Below the pieces are notes generated by a model. It was not told the origin of the DNA and did no database searches. It worked only from the letters and a program-made list of their open reading frames with translations. A program made the position numbers and the translations under genes. 64,000 nt of DNA from a virus: positions 1 to 64,000 of the IMG/VR virus record IMGVR_UViG_3300033145_000788; one strand, 5' to 3'. This document shows positions 46,013-56,289 of the stretch, one piece after another; position 1 is the stretch's first letter, and each line of letters opens with the position of its first letter.

Positions 46013-46501
46013 GATGGCTTGGTGGTCGTGGATAATTTATATTTTAGGGATGTGGTGTCTTATTGGATTGATGATAGGTCTTTTTTTAGGAATGATTGTT
46101 GCCCCAATGTCTTCATGTTCGGGAGAAACGCCATCTGAATCAACGAAGAGATTGGAGATTTTAGGTTTAATCTTAGCAGGGCCGTTTATTTGGTTTGTTT
46201 TTTTAATGGTTTATCTTGAAGATAGGAAAAAGCCGAAGAAAGATTTGAGCATTCTTTATTATAGGAATTATGAAGATTTTAAAAAAGCTAAATGGGAAGG
46301 GGAATAATGAAAACTCTCACAGTTATGGGCAAGATATTGTTTTGTTGACTCTAAAGGGAGCTATTTTGAACGGAATTTGTCCTGAACTTGCAAAGAGGTG
46401 TGTTGAATTTTGCCGAGATTCGATAGAAAAGAGTAAAGGTGAAAAACCGATATATGATAAATTTGATATAAACGAGGAAAAAATTATAGTAAGGAACAAC
46501 C

Positions 46502-46741
46502 ATGACTGACATAGCCAGAGACCTTGAGAAGCTGAAGGGCGAAATCGAGAAGGCAAAGACCGACGTGGCCCGGATGGAGGGACAAAGGGATGAACTTTTG
46601 TCCTCGTTACGGGGAAAACATAACTGCAAGACGATTGAGGCCGCCCGGACGCTTGCGGACAACAAGAGGAAGAAGAAGGAGAAGCTGGATGCCGAGGTCG
46701 AGGAGGGATACCGGGAGCTGAAGGAGCAGTATGAGTGGTGA
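46502..46741 (+). CDS. Small coiled-coil protein, possibly part of the split SbcC
   Basis: Heptad pattern; GC-rich like the other core genes; lies between SbcD and SbcC C-half. Confidence 0.5.
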   Translation: MTDIARDLEKLKGEIEKAKTDVARMEGQRDELLSSLRGKHNCKTIEAARTLADNKRKKKEKLDAEVEEGYRELKEQYEW

Positions 46742-47184
46742 AAACGGCGGCATGGTAAGGTCTAGACGATCAATAAAAACTAATCTTGGTTTAGTGAGCA
46801 TGCTTCCCATAGCAATGTTTGGGGGATCGGGATTATAGGGTGGAGAATCGGGAATCCCTGCTTGTCATGCCGCTATTAGATAGGAGGGAATGATGGATAA
46901 GGAAAGAACAATGACTAAATTCTGGAAAAAAGTCAATAAATGTGAGCATAAGAACTTGAGTCCTGATTATTGTGTGATGATAAGTTGTTCCACTCCATAT
47001 TGCCACGGAGGGGCAGAGGTTCATTGTCTTGATTGCGGTGCTTATATAACAGAATGTCCTTGCGGGGCCAACGATGGCATGTCGGGATGGTCAGAAGAAC
47101 GTCATAAAAATTACGTGAAAAAACGAAGCAAGAGAATTAATCAGAATCTTGGTTATGTGAATGCAATCAAGAGAACATATTAAA

Positions 47185-47772
47185 ATGTTTAACCTCCAGG
47201 ACTTCAAGCGCATTCAGGACAAGGCCTCCACCCTCCAAGCCGAGAGGCAGTATCTCATAAAGGAGTTGCGAATCGAGAGGGAGAAGGAGGCGAAATGGTC
47301 TAAGCGCCACGGTGATTGTCTTAAGGGGAGAGCCGTGATACAGGAGGCCGCAAAGGCGACGCAGGTTAACCTGGAGCGCCGGATCGGGGACCTGGTGACG
47401 ACGGCCTTGGAGGGGGTGTTTCCGGATGACCCGTATGAGTTCAGGCTCAAGTTTGAGGTCAGGCGGAATCGGACCGAATGCGATATATGGTTTGTAAAAA
47501 ACGGGAAAGAGATGGACCCGATGCTTGATTCCGGGGGCGGGCCGAAGGACGTGGCCAGTTTTGCGGCCCGGCTGGCGTTCTGGTCTTTGCGGAAGTCTCG
47601 GCCTTTGGTGATCCTGGATGAGCCGTTCAAGTTTCTCCATTCGCCGGAATACCAGAGGAATTGCTCAGACATGATAGGGATGCTTTCTGAGAAGCTGGGA
47701 ATGCAGATGCTGATCGTGACTGACCAGCGAAATATCGAGGGGGACAGGATATTTGATTTGGAGGAGATGTAA
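47185..47772 (+). CDS. SbcC/Rad50-like ATPase, C-terminal half
   Basis: Signature SGGG, Walker B ILDEPF, LIVTD in place of the H-loop. Confidence 0.85.
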   Translation: MFNLQDFKRIQDKASTLQAERQYLIKELRIEREKEAKWSKRHGDCLKGRAVIQEAAKATQVNLERRIGDLVTTALEGVFPDDPYEFRLKFEVRRNRTECDIWFVKNGKEMDPMLDSGGGPKDVASFAARLAFWSLRKSRPLVILDEPFKFLHSPEYQRNCSDMIGMLSEKLGMQMLIVTDQRNIEGDRIFDLEEM

Positions 47773-48152
47773 TGACTGTAGAATGTACTTGTAAAAAATG
47801 GAAAGAATGGCAACCGGTATTTAAGGGTAGGGATATTGTTCTATTGCAACATAATATGCCCTATGAAGGTCCAGTGTTTGCTTATTGTCCTTGGTGTGGA
47901 AAAAAACTAAAGGAAGTCGGAAAAGACTTAAAAACTGACGATGTTAACCATCCGGAGCACTATAACAAGCATCCTTCCGGAGTCGAGTGCATTGACATCA
48001 TAGAGCATATGGCTTTTAATCCAGGGACGGCGGTCAAGTACATCTGGCGGGCCGGGTTGAAGGATGCCGATGTGATCAAAGATCTCCGGAAGGCCGAGTG
48101 GTATATAAAACGAGAGATCGAGAGGATAGGGAAGGATGGCAAAAACCAATAA
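47772..48152 (+). CDS. DUF3310/SaV-like protein
   Basis: DDVNHPEHY, ECIDII, KYIWRAG.K, DLRKAEWY. Confidence 0.85.
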   Translation: MTVECTCKKWKEWQPVFKGRDIVLLQHNMPYEGPVFAYCPWCGKKLKEVGKDLKTDDVNHPEHYNKHPSGVECIDIIEHMAFNPGTAVKYIWRAGLKDADVIKDLRKAEWYIKREIERIGKDGKNQ

Positions 48153-48638
48153 AATAATTCATACGCCTTATGCCCATGTAGGCCATATTCATAAATGTGG
48201 CTGTTTTACTGATCAGTATAAAATTTTATTGGCTAATCAAGGAGAACATATTATGGAGATGGCGGTGTGTAAATGTGGGGCGGCATATGAATGGGCTGAA
48301 GTTATTACGTTTGCTTTTTTTGAATGTTATGATTGTGGTAGAGCGGCAAGATGAGAGGAAAGGAGAATGAAAAATGATTTATCTTGATGCCCAAAGGGCG
48401 GCGGAAAGATTTGCCCCGATTTTTGAAAAGATGGGGTGGACGTGGAGGGGGAAAGATGGGAATCATTATGTTCCTCTTGAAGCACAAATTTGTCAACGAT
48501 TAATCCAGTTGAGAAGTGATATTATTTCTGATGATTGTCTAATGAGTGGTACTGGGAGATTAGAAGCTGTTAAAATGGATAAGGAACGAATTTGTTTTAG
48601 ATTAGACCCTGGAAGCGAGAGTGAGTGGGATAAACAAT

Positions 48639-49763
48639 ATGCCGGATAACGACAAAATCACGGAATCGGTAATCATCCATCTGATTGAGACCTATGGCAA
48701 CTTGGCGAACCAGCAGAGGTTTAATCTGGCCAAGCATTGCGTAAGGACCGGCCAAATAAACAGGGGCCACAGTCAACTTATGAAGGTTTTGGAAAACAAT
48801 TCAAATCACGTTGAGGCCAGAAGGTTAATGGAGCTGATGCTCTTTGGGCCAGTGTGGCCGGTGCAGTTGTGCATCGAGCCGACAAACGAATGCCATGTCG
48901 GATGCCCTGGATGTGGGGGCCGGGACGGGGAGATCGGATACATGGACCTGGACCTCTTTAGGACTCTAATGTTGGAGGTCGCCCCGCATCTCCGGATTCT
49001 GGCCCTACATAATCGGGGTGAGTCGTTTCACCATCCTAAGATTTATGACTTCTTGGATGTAGTCGGACAATTCAAGCATATTTCAACATACATCCATACG
49101 GCCGGGCATCTTCCCTTGGATGCTGAGAGGATAGTCCGGGCTCAGGTGCCGACAGAGTTAGTGTTTAGCCTTGATGGGTTTACGGAGAAGACGCATAGGA
49201 AGTATAGAATCGGAGCCGACTTCCAAATTGCGATAGACAATATCAAGAGACTGAAGAAGGAGAAGCGTAAGCTGAACGTTGATAAGCCGAAGATCGTCTG
49301 GAAATATATTATGATGGGAACGAATGAGCGTGAGGTTAGGCAGGCGATGGGGTTAGCAGCCGAACTCGGATGCGATGAGTTCCGGATGGCCCCTTTTGCG
49401 GTTGGGTGGAAGACGATAGAGGGCAAGGTGGATGCCTATTTGAAGAAGTTTCTGCCTTCAGATGATAGGAATCTGAGGAATGACCGTGAGGCTTTGATGC
49501 AGGGAAAGATTGTAAAGGCGGGAAGGAAGCCGGGCGAGCCGTTTAATTGTATGGTGGTGCATAACTCGACCGCCATCCGGTGGGACGGGAAGGTCTTGCC
49601 CTGTTGCAATTGCCTTGAGCCGTATCAGCAGGTCATGGGGGTGTACGGGCCGGGGATGAAGTTCAAGGATATCTGGGATAGTACCGGGTTCCGGTCGTTC
49701 CGGAAGGCGGCTGTCTTGGATGCCAGGAGGCTGAAACCTTGTAGCATGTGCCATATGATTTAA
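48639..49763 (+). CDS. Radical SAM/SPASM protein with N-terminal TPR-like helix pair
   Basis: EPTNECHVGCPGC (CxxxCxxC), GES, SLDG, SPASM C..IRWDGKVLPCC..CSMC. Confidence 0.9.
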   Translation: MPDNDKITESVIIHLIETYGNLANQQRFNLAKHCVRTGQINRGHSQLMKVLENNSNHVEARRLMELMLFGPVWPVQLCIEPTNECHVGCPGCGGRDGEIGYMDLDLFRTLMLEVAPHLRILALHNRGESFHHPKIYDFLDVVGQFKHISTYIHTAGHLPLDAERIVRAQVPTELVFSLDGFTEKTHRKYRIGADFQIAIDNIKRLKKEKRKLNVDKPKIVWKYIMMGTNEREVRQAMGLAAELGCDEFRMAPFAVGWKTIEGKVDAYLKKFLPSDDRNLRNDREALMQGKIVKAGRKPGEPFNCMVVHNSTAIRWDGKVLPCCNCLEPYQQVMGVYGPGMKFKDIWDSTGFRSFRKAAVLDARRLKPCSMCHMI

Positions 49764-50099
49764 GAGGATGTGAAATGATGGATGGGAATCTTTTTCAGGA
49801 AGCGATGGCCATTATAGCAGGATGTACAGTTGGTATTCTTTTGTTTCTTGTAGTTATTTTTATTTTGTTGGCGGTTTTAGAGGACAGGTTAAGTCGAATT
49901 ATCAAACTTTTGGAGAAGATAGGAGGATGAGATGAGCGAGTGTAAAATTTGTGGGAATGAAGGAAGAGACGTAATGGGAAAAAGATCGAAAGAAGATAGA
50001 TGTAGAAGAAATAAATAACCTTGCCCATCGTGTGTATTATATAAGTAAGGCTTGGGTTGCAACTCAGATAAGATATAGAGCAAAGGATAATACAAAGGG

Positions 50100-51314
50100 A
50101 TGATCAGAATGAAAATGAAAGTACTCCATGCCCCTTTTGAGATAGCTGGAAATATGGCGAGGATCACCAAGCATCTTCGCAAAGCCGGGGTTGATGCCAC
50201 ATCTGTGAATTATTATAATACTTGGTTTGACTACAAGTGCGATATGAACTTGGGGATAAATGAACTCCCGGAGCGTGAGGCCCGAAATGAGGTGGAAAGA
50301 TTTACTAAAGAGGCGATGGATAAGTATGATATCTTTCATTTCCATTTCGCCCATTCCCTAAAGCCTGATATGAGTGATTTGGAGGAGCTGAAGAAAAGAG
50401 GGAAGAAAATCCTCTTTTCGTTCTGGGGGAGTGATCAACGGGGTTTTGAATGGATCATGTATAGTCAAGCTAAATTCTTGGGCTACGATCCTCCAAAACC
50501 TTACCTCTGGCCTTTGGCACTCTATGCAAAGCACAAGGTTATAAACGCCTATGCCGATGTCATTTTTGCCCATTATGCCGTTCCTCGCGGCCTGACTCCA
50601 AAGGGGATAATAGACACCTCAGAGTGGACCTTGGAAAAGAAAGAGGAATATGCTTCACGAGTCAAGTTGAAGAAAAACCCTAATACGACTTATTTTGTCC
50701 ATGCGCCGTCTGACCGTTTTAAAAAGGGGACGCCTCTGATTGAATCACTTTTCAATAAGTGTAAGGATAAGGGCTTGCCGATTGAGTTGCTTATGGTCGA
50801 GAGGCAGACCCCAGATCAGGCAAAGGAAATATATTCCCAAGCGGATTTTGCCTTGGAGCAGGTAGGGCCTGGGACATTTGGTCTGTTCGGAGCGGAGATG
50901 ATGTGTTGGGGAATTCCGGTGCTCGTCTATCATACGCCATTGCTTGACCGGATACGAAATTATCCTCCAGTGATAAGGATGACCGGGGATAGTTTTGAGG
51001 AGGAGATTAGAGAATGCATTGAGATGAAAATGAAAGGGTCAAACATGGAGGCGATGAAAGAAGGAGTCCGTACTTGGGCAATAGAGAATCTTGATATCAG
51101 TTTGGGAATAGAGATGTATAAGGATATCTACACTCGCCTGATGAATGGGGAGACGATTAAGCAATATCCTAATCCGGTTTGGTATCGGGAGGAACTGCGA
51201 TTGTTGAAGGGGGTCAAGTCGGACTTCTACAAATATATGTTTGATAATGGAATCTTTGCCAAGCTTGGCTTGGTGATTAACGATGCCGATTATGATAGGA
51301 GATGTTACAATTGA
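50100..51314 (+). CDS. Glycosyltransferase (GT-B, GT4-like)
   Basis: DIFHFHF, WGSD.R, HAPSDRFKKGT, FG.E.MCWGIPV. Confidence 0.82.
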   Translation: MIRMKMKVLHAPFEIAGNMARITKHLRKAGVDATSVNYYNTWFDYKCDMNLGINELPEREARNEVERFTKEAMDKYDIFHFHFAHSLKPDMSDLEELKKRGKKILFSFWGSDQRGFEWIMYSQAKFLGYDPPKPYLWPLALYAKHKVINAYADVIFAHYAVPRGLTPKGIIDTSEWTLEKKEEYASRVKLKKNPNTTYFVHAPSDRFKKGTPLIESLFNKCKDKGLPIELLMVERQTPDQAKEIYSQADFALEQVGPGTFGLFGAEMMCWGIPVLVYHTPLLDRIRNYPPVIRMTGDSFEEEIRECIEMKMKGSNMEAMKEGVRTWAIENLDISLGIEMYKDIYTRLMNGETIKQYPNPVWYREELRLLKGVKSDFYKYMFDNGIFAKLGLVINDADYDRRCYN

Positions 51315-51889
51315 ATAAAAAAGCAAACAGATTACAAACGGGAAATGGAAATCAAATATCAACATGTTTTAAACATGGAGATGGATTCAGTGTAGGGAGG
51401 TTTTGTACTATTAAAAACGATGTAATTATTGGAGACAACGTCACTATCGGTGATTATTGTAAGGTTATGCATGGGGCGAGAATCGGTAATAATGTTGTCA
51501 TAATGGATTATGTTAAACTAATGCCCGGCACGGTCATTGGTCATAACTGCAAACTTGACGATTATGTCAATACATCAGGATATTGCCGAATTGGGAATAA
51601 CGTTAGGATCAAGCGGATGAGCGTGATTGCACAGGGTTGTGTCATTGAGGATGACGTTCAGATCATGGTGGATGTCTCGACTATCCGTATCAAGCGGCCC
51701 GGAGAAGAGGAGCGGCCGGTTGTGTTTGGTCGGGGTTGCTTTATAGGAACTAAGGCCTGTATCCATGCGGGGGTGAGGATCGGGCATCATGCCATTATTG
51801 GAGCCGGGGCGAATGTGCTTAAGGATTGTGAGCCTTATGGTATTTACGTGGGTAATCCGGCCAAATTCATACGATATCAAAAGGGGTAG
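51302..51889 (+). CDS. Hexapeptide-repeat acyltransferase
   Basis: Repeated [IV]G.N..I hexapeptides; IGAGANV.KD..GNPAK. Confidence 0.9.
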   Translation: MLQLNKKANRLQTGNGNQISTCFKHGDGFSVGRFCTIKNDVIIGDNVTIGDYCKVMHGARIGNNVVIMDYVKLMPGTVIGHNCKLDDYVNTSGYCRIGNNVRIKRMSVIAQGCVIEDDVQIMVDVSTIRIKRPGEEERPVVFGRGCFIGTKACIHAGVRIGHHAIIGAGANVLKDCEPYGIYVGNPAKFIRYQKG

Positions 51890-51891
51890 GC

Positions 51892-52698
51892 ATGACAATT
51901 AAAATTGAGAGAGTACCATATCTGACCGAATATTGGGGATTTCCTATGGGCCGGATCAGTGGACTGGATGAAGCGAAAACTATCAGTGAGGATTTTGCCG
52001 AGTATCTTGTTGAACAATTCTTATTACAAGCAAAGAATGAGGGTTGGAAGTTCATTGATACTAATTTATCCATAGAAAATACAATCTTTGCTGAGGCCCT
52101 TGTTTGTCATGGATTCTATCCGGTGCAAGGATTTATACAGCTTGATGCTACCACGGATAGAGGGTGGGTGCCGACTGGAATGAATAATCCCATGATATCC
52201 ATACGCCGAATAAAGGAAAGTGATTTTTCTTGGATTAAAGAGGCTTATAGTTTGGTGGACTTCCCGAATCATTTTGTTGATGATGGTGGATTTAATAAGA
52301 CAAAGGCCATGATGCTTTATGTCCGGCGATATCGGGAAGTTTATGAGAAGCGGTTGGGAGAAGTTTTTGTGGCTGACATAGAGGACCGGCCTGCCGGTGC
52401 TCTTATTGCCATTGTTGATAAAGAAAAAAACACGAACCTCATGTCTGGTCTGGGGATTATCGTGCATCCTTGGGCACAGAGGCAGCGGGTAGCCCAGACC
52501 CTTATAGCCTACCGGCAAGGGTGGTATCAGCGGCAGGGTGTTAAACGGGTGAGTTTTGGAGTGAGTATAGCAAATAGGAAAATAATAAATTGTATGGCTC
52601 AAATGGGATTTAAGATCGGAGTTTCAACTTTGACTTTTCATAAATGGATAAAGGAGAAACAATATGGACACCAGCGAACAATACATAAAGATGTGTGA
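51892..52698 (+). CDS. GNAT acetyltransferase (WecD/RffC-like)
   Basis: EYWGFPMGRI N-terminus, VHPWAQRQRVA acetyl-CoA motif, N..IN..AQMGF. Confidence 0.7.
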   Translation: MTIKIERVPYLTEYWGFPMGRISGLDEAKTISEDFAEYLVEQFLLQAKNEGWKFIDTNLSIENTIFAEALVCHGFYPVQGFIQLDATTDRGWVPTGMNNPMISIRRIKESDFSWIKEAYSLVDFPNHFVDDGGFNKTKAMMLYVRRYREVYEKRLGEVFVADIEDRPAGALIAIVDKEKNTNLMSGLGIIVHPWAQRQRVAQTLIAYRQGWYQRQGVKRVSFGVSIANRKIINCMAQMGFKIGVSTLTFHKWIKEKQYGHQRTIHKDV

Positions 52699-53672
52699 TT
52701 GCCGGGAGATTCAAGATGGATGGATGTCTAGGGCCGGGGATTATGTTTTTGGACCAGAGATGATGGAGGGATATGGTTATGGCTGTGAAAAGACCCCAGA
52801 ATCAACTTTTTGGATTTTTAATTTCTCTACCCTTGAAGATGAAGATGGGATTGATCCCCGTATATCAGAAAAACCGCTTGTCGCAGTCGAGAATTATGCG
52901 GGTGATTGGTGTAGCGGGCCAATACCCATTGAGTTAATTACTTGGCTTCCTCATCAACACCAGATTCAGGAGATGGTATCAAATTATTTGGAAGGGCAAA
53001 TTAACCTTCTTTTGGATTATCTGCCGACCATGAAATTGGTGGGTGGCGGTAAGAGAAGAAAGATAGATGAAGCTGCTTATGATTCATGGGAACAACTTTG
53101 GTTGTGCATTTATATGCACGAGAAACATAATAAGACCTGGGATGGTGATAAATGGAAGGAGATAGACAAATAATGCCAAAACCGGGATGGGTCAAGACGA
53201 CAACGATGGTGGACCAAAGAGTCTCAGTAGATCAGAATACGATTAAAGAGGCCCGGGAATCCGGAACAGAGATAAGGGTACTTCAGTCCATCCAGGTGAC
53301 TGCGGCCGGGACACCGGAGGAGATGATATGGAAGATCCTCCAAGAGTTGCCGGAGCCCCGGTTCAGGAACATACTGGACCTGATCCGGACGGTGGCGCTT
53401 GCCCATTTCCCGTCGCAACGCCAGACGGCCGAATTCCTGGCGGTGTCCAAGGATTATTTCCGGCCGCATCTGAGGCGGATTGAACATAAGGAGGTGAATG
53501 ATGGAAAGAATTGATCCGGTACATAGAGAAGGAAACAATTGGTATTTTTGGGATGAGATACGGTTTAATAGATTTGGGCCATATGACACAGAAGAAGAGT
53601 GTCAAATAGAGATGATTAAATATGTCGCCCATTTAGATTTTGGAGATGAAGAAAAAGAAAGGAGACGAAAAA

Positions 53673-53990
53673 ATGAAGTTTAAATTTATTATCGTAATAA
53701 TCATATTGGCCGTATGTCTGGTGGGGTGTAGTTGGCCTGGGACATACTATTCTAAAATTGAACAAAATGTGAGCGTTGATTCGATAAAAGACGACACTTA
53801 CCTTGTTTGTACATACGTATGGATTTATAATTGGTTTGCAATTTCAGAAACCATTGAAAAGTCATTTTATAAATATGATGTTGCTTGTGAGGACATCCCG
53901 GCAGAGAAAACAAGACAGATGGCACAGGCCTTGATAGTAAAAGCACAGGTGGACCCGAAGCTAAAAATCTGGAAGAAGTGTAAATATTAA
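53673..53990 (+). CDS. Lipoprotein, paralog A
   Basis: Signal peptide with LVGC lipobox; WPGTYYS. Confidence 0.7.
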   Translation: MKFKFIIVIIILAVCLVGCSWPGTYYSKIEQNVSVDSIKDDTYLVCTYVWIYNWFAISETIEKSFYKYDVACEDIPAEKTRQMAQALIVKAQVDPKLKIWKKCKY

Positions 53991-53993
53991 GCA

Positions 53994-54275
53994 ATGTCAG
54001 ATAAGTTAATCGGTTGGCAGGAGATAGCGGACTTTATTGAGAAGAGCATCCCGACCACCATGAAGCTGGCCCGGGAGCTGAAGGCCCCGATAACCATGAT
54101 GGCCGGGACCCCGTTTTCCACGACGGGGAAATTAGGGAGGTGGAAGTCGGTGAACAAGAAGAAGCTATACGGGCCGAAGAAATTGACCGAGGAACATAAG
54201 CTCAGGATTGGCCGTGGTGTCATGAAGCGGGCTTGGGCCAAGGAGGAAAGGAAGAAATGGAAGGAGGAGGATTAA
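53994..54275 (+). CDS. Excisionase/MerR-like HTH protein with NUMOD3-like tail
   Basis: LIGWQEIADFI; LTEEHKLRIG. Confidence 0.6.
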   Translation: MSDKLIGWQEIADFIEKSIPTTMKLARELKAPITMMAGTPFSTTGKLGRWKSVNKKKLYGPKKLTEEHKLRIGRGVMKRAWAKEERKKWKEED

Positions 54276-54277
54276 AT

Positions 54278-54619
54278 GACTGAAATCACCCTTGAGATAA
54301 CGCAATTTAGGACGAAATGCTTAATCTTAGGAAGAAACACCTAAAGGGGGAATGAGATGGCTATTGAAATAAAATTAAAGCCGTGTCCGTTCTGTGGACA
54401 TAAAACACCTGATTTAAAATTTAGAGCGGTAGGATATTCATCAACGGGATATGAGGTTTTTGTTCTTTGTTCACTTTGCAGGACTAAAGGACCCTCTGCC
54501 CAAAATGAAGAATGGGCCATTGAAAAATGGAATGAGAGGGTTAAAGATGTCTGACGACCAAAAACTCAAAGCTGAAAATAGACGCCTCAAGACTGAAATC
54601 ACCCTTGAGATAACGCAAT
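54278..54619 (+). repeat. 29-bp perfect direct repeat (54278-54306 and 54591-54619)
   Basis: GACTGAAATCACCCTTGAGATAACGCAAT twice. Confidence 0.9.
54357..54554 (+). CDS. Lar-like (restriction alleviation) zinc-ribbon protein
   Basis: LKPCPFCG..CSLC..AIEKWNER. Confidence 0.75.
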   Translation: MAIEIKLKPCPFCGHKTPDLKFRAVGYSSTGYEVFVLCSLCRTKGPSAQNEEWAIEKWNERVKDV

Positions 54620-55113
54620 ATTGTCCTTGGGAGTGTATCTATTGTTCCTCTAATGCAGGGCCGGACGGGGAACACTTATCCTTTGAACAAATTGAAAAAT
54701 TTCTTGATGATAACGTAAAGTGGCCTCCGGCCAGGGTAATTAACATCAGTGGCGGTGAACCCCTGGCTCATCCCGATTTTTGGAAAATCCTGCAATTAGC
54801 ACAAGCAAGGGCTCGTTATGTGTGGGTTTATACTAACGCCCTAACCCACATCAGGTTCAATGCCGACATCATTGACGGGATAGAGTGCCATGCGAATGTC
54901 ATCTTGCGACCGGGTTCCCAAATTCCTATCAAGGCAGACGAAGTACATCTTCTAAAACTGGTTCCCCAGGGCCGAGCCAAGAATCTACCTCAGATGAAAT
55001 TTCATGTTTCGGGAAACCTGACCGGAAGCTGTGATGACTGTGACCATATTCTCTTGCAGGCGGACGGCAAAGTGGTCAAAGGTCCATGTAGAAAGGAATA
55101 TGAGGAGGATTAG
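54547..55113 (+). CDS. Short radical SAM protein
   Basis: EITQYCPWECIYC, SGGEPL, YTN, QGRA. Confidence 0.85.
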   Translation: MSDDQKLKAENRRLKTEITLEITQYCPWECIYCSSNAGPDGEHLSFEQIEKFLDDNVKWPPARVINISGGEPLAHPDFWKILQLAQARARYVWVYTNALTHIRFNADIIDGIECHANVILRPGSQIPIKADEVHLLKLVPQGRAKNLPQMKFHVSGNLTGSCDDCDHILLQADGKVVKGPCRKEYEED

Positions 55114-55959
55114 ATGCCGGATTTAGAGCGAATAAAACACATCTTCAAGTTTATGGAGTATGATGCCATTACCGAGAGACAACATGCCCTCATTATCTCG
55201 TTCGAGGAACAGTTTGAGAGGCGGGGAGATCTGTCTGAACGTCAGATGGGAATCCTTGAAGATATCTTCAGGAGGGCGGCTGAGAATCGGGAGTACTAAG
55301 GGGCGAGGTTAAAAATGTATTTTGACGGGACAGAGGAAATTCCAAAGGAAATACTAAAGGAAGTAATAATGAAAGAGCAATACTTCAAGCCTGGTGATAA
55401 GTTTATTGCGATAGTAAAAGGAAAGCATGACAAGCAGGGATTCCCGATAGAGAAGGCGATTCTCCTGTATCTTGGCGCCCGGTGGCTGCATTCTGCGGGA
55501 TTCAGTGATGCGGATAACGGAACCTGGGTGAATCGGGAAGGGAAAGGAGATATGGATGTACCGGATGCATATAATGTTTCTCTGTCTATGATCAGGGAGT
55601 GGGATGACAGGATATTCCCGGTGCCGGAGGAAATAAACAAGAGGGTTGAAAAAGAAAGGATAGAGACGGAAAGGCAATGGAAGAAACTGATGTGTGTATT
55701 GGACGAGTAAGACAAGAGGGGATAAAATCAAAAGACGGAAGGAGAAAGAAAATGGACACGAAAGAATTATTGAGTTTAAGGAAGGTATTGAAAGAAGATG
55801 TGGGAGAGTATGGGGACGGCTATACGATCGTAAAACATGAGAAGCTGAGCGAAAGCGAGATGATCATATTGGACACCCTGGTCGAGGCCCTGTTGATGCT
55901 TGATGAGAAAATAGAAGAGATAAGGAGATTTGCCAGATAATGGCAAAATAGGAGAAGAA

Positions 55960-56289
55960 ATGAGGTTTAAACTTATTATCATTATGGCAATATTGGCTCT
56001 TTATGTGGCGGGATGCGGCTGGCCGGGGACATATCATTCTGTTATTGAACAGACGGTTATTGCCGAGTCAATAGCGGATGATAAATATTGTGTTGCAACG
56101 ACGGTGCATATTTGCAATTGGACCGGACATTTGATGAGATGTGAATTCGGAACGATGGATTATGTTAATTGTGAAGATGTTCCTACAACAAAAAAGGAGC
56201 AGATGGACAGGGCTCAAAAAGTGAAGGTAGAAATAGATTCACAATTGAAGACTTGGAGGGAACAGAAAATCCGATATTATTTTTTTTGA
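55960..56289 (+). CDS. Lipoprotein, paralog B
   Basis: VAGC lipobox; WPGTYHS. Confidence 0.7.
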   Translation: MRFKLIIIMAILALYVAGCGWPGTYHSVIEQTVIAESIADDKYCVATTVHICNWTGHLMRCEFGTMDYVNCEDVPTTKKEQMDRAQKVKVEIDSQLKTWREQKIRYYFF

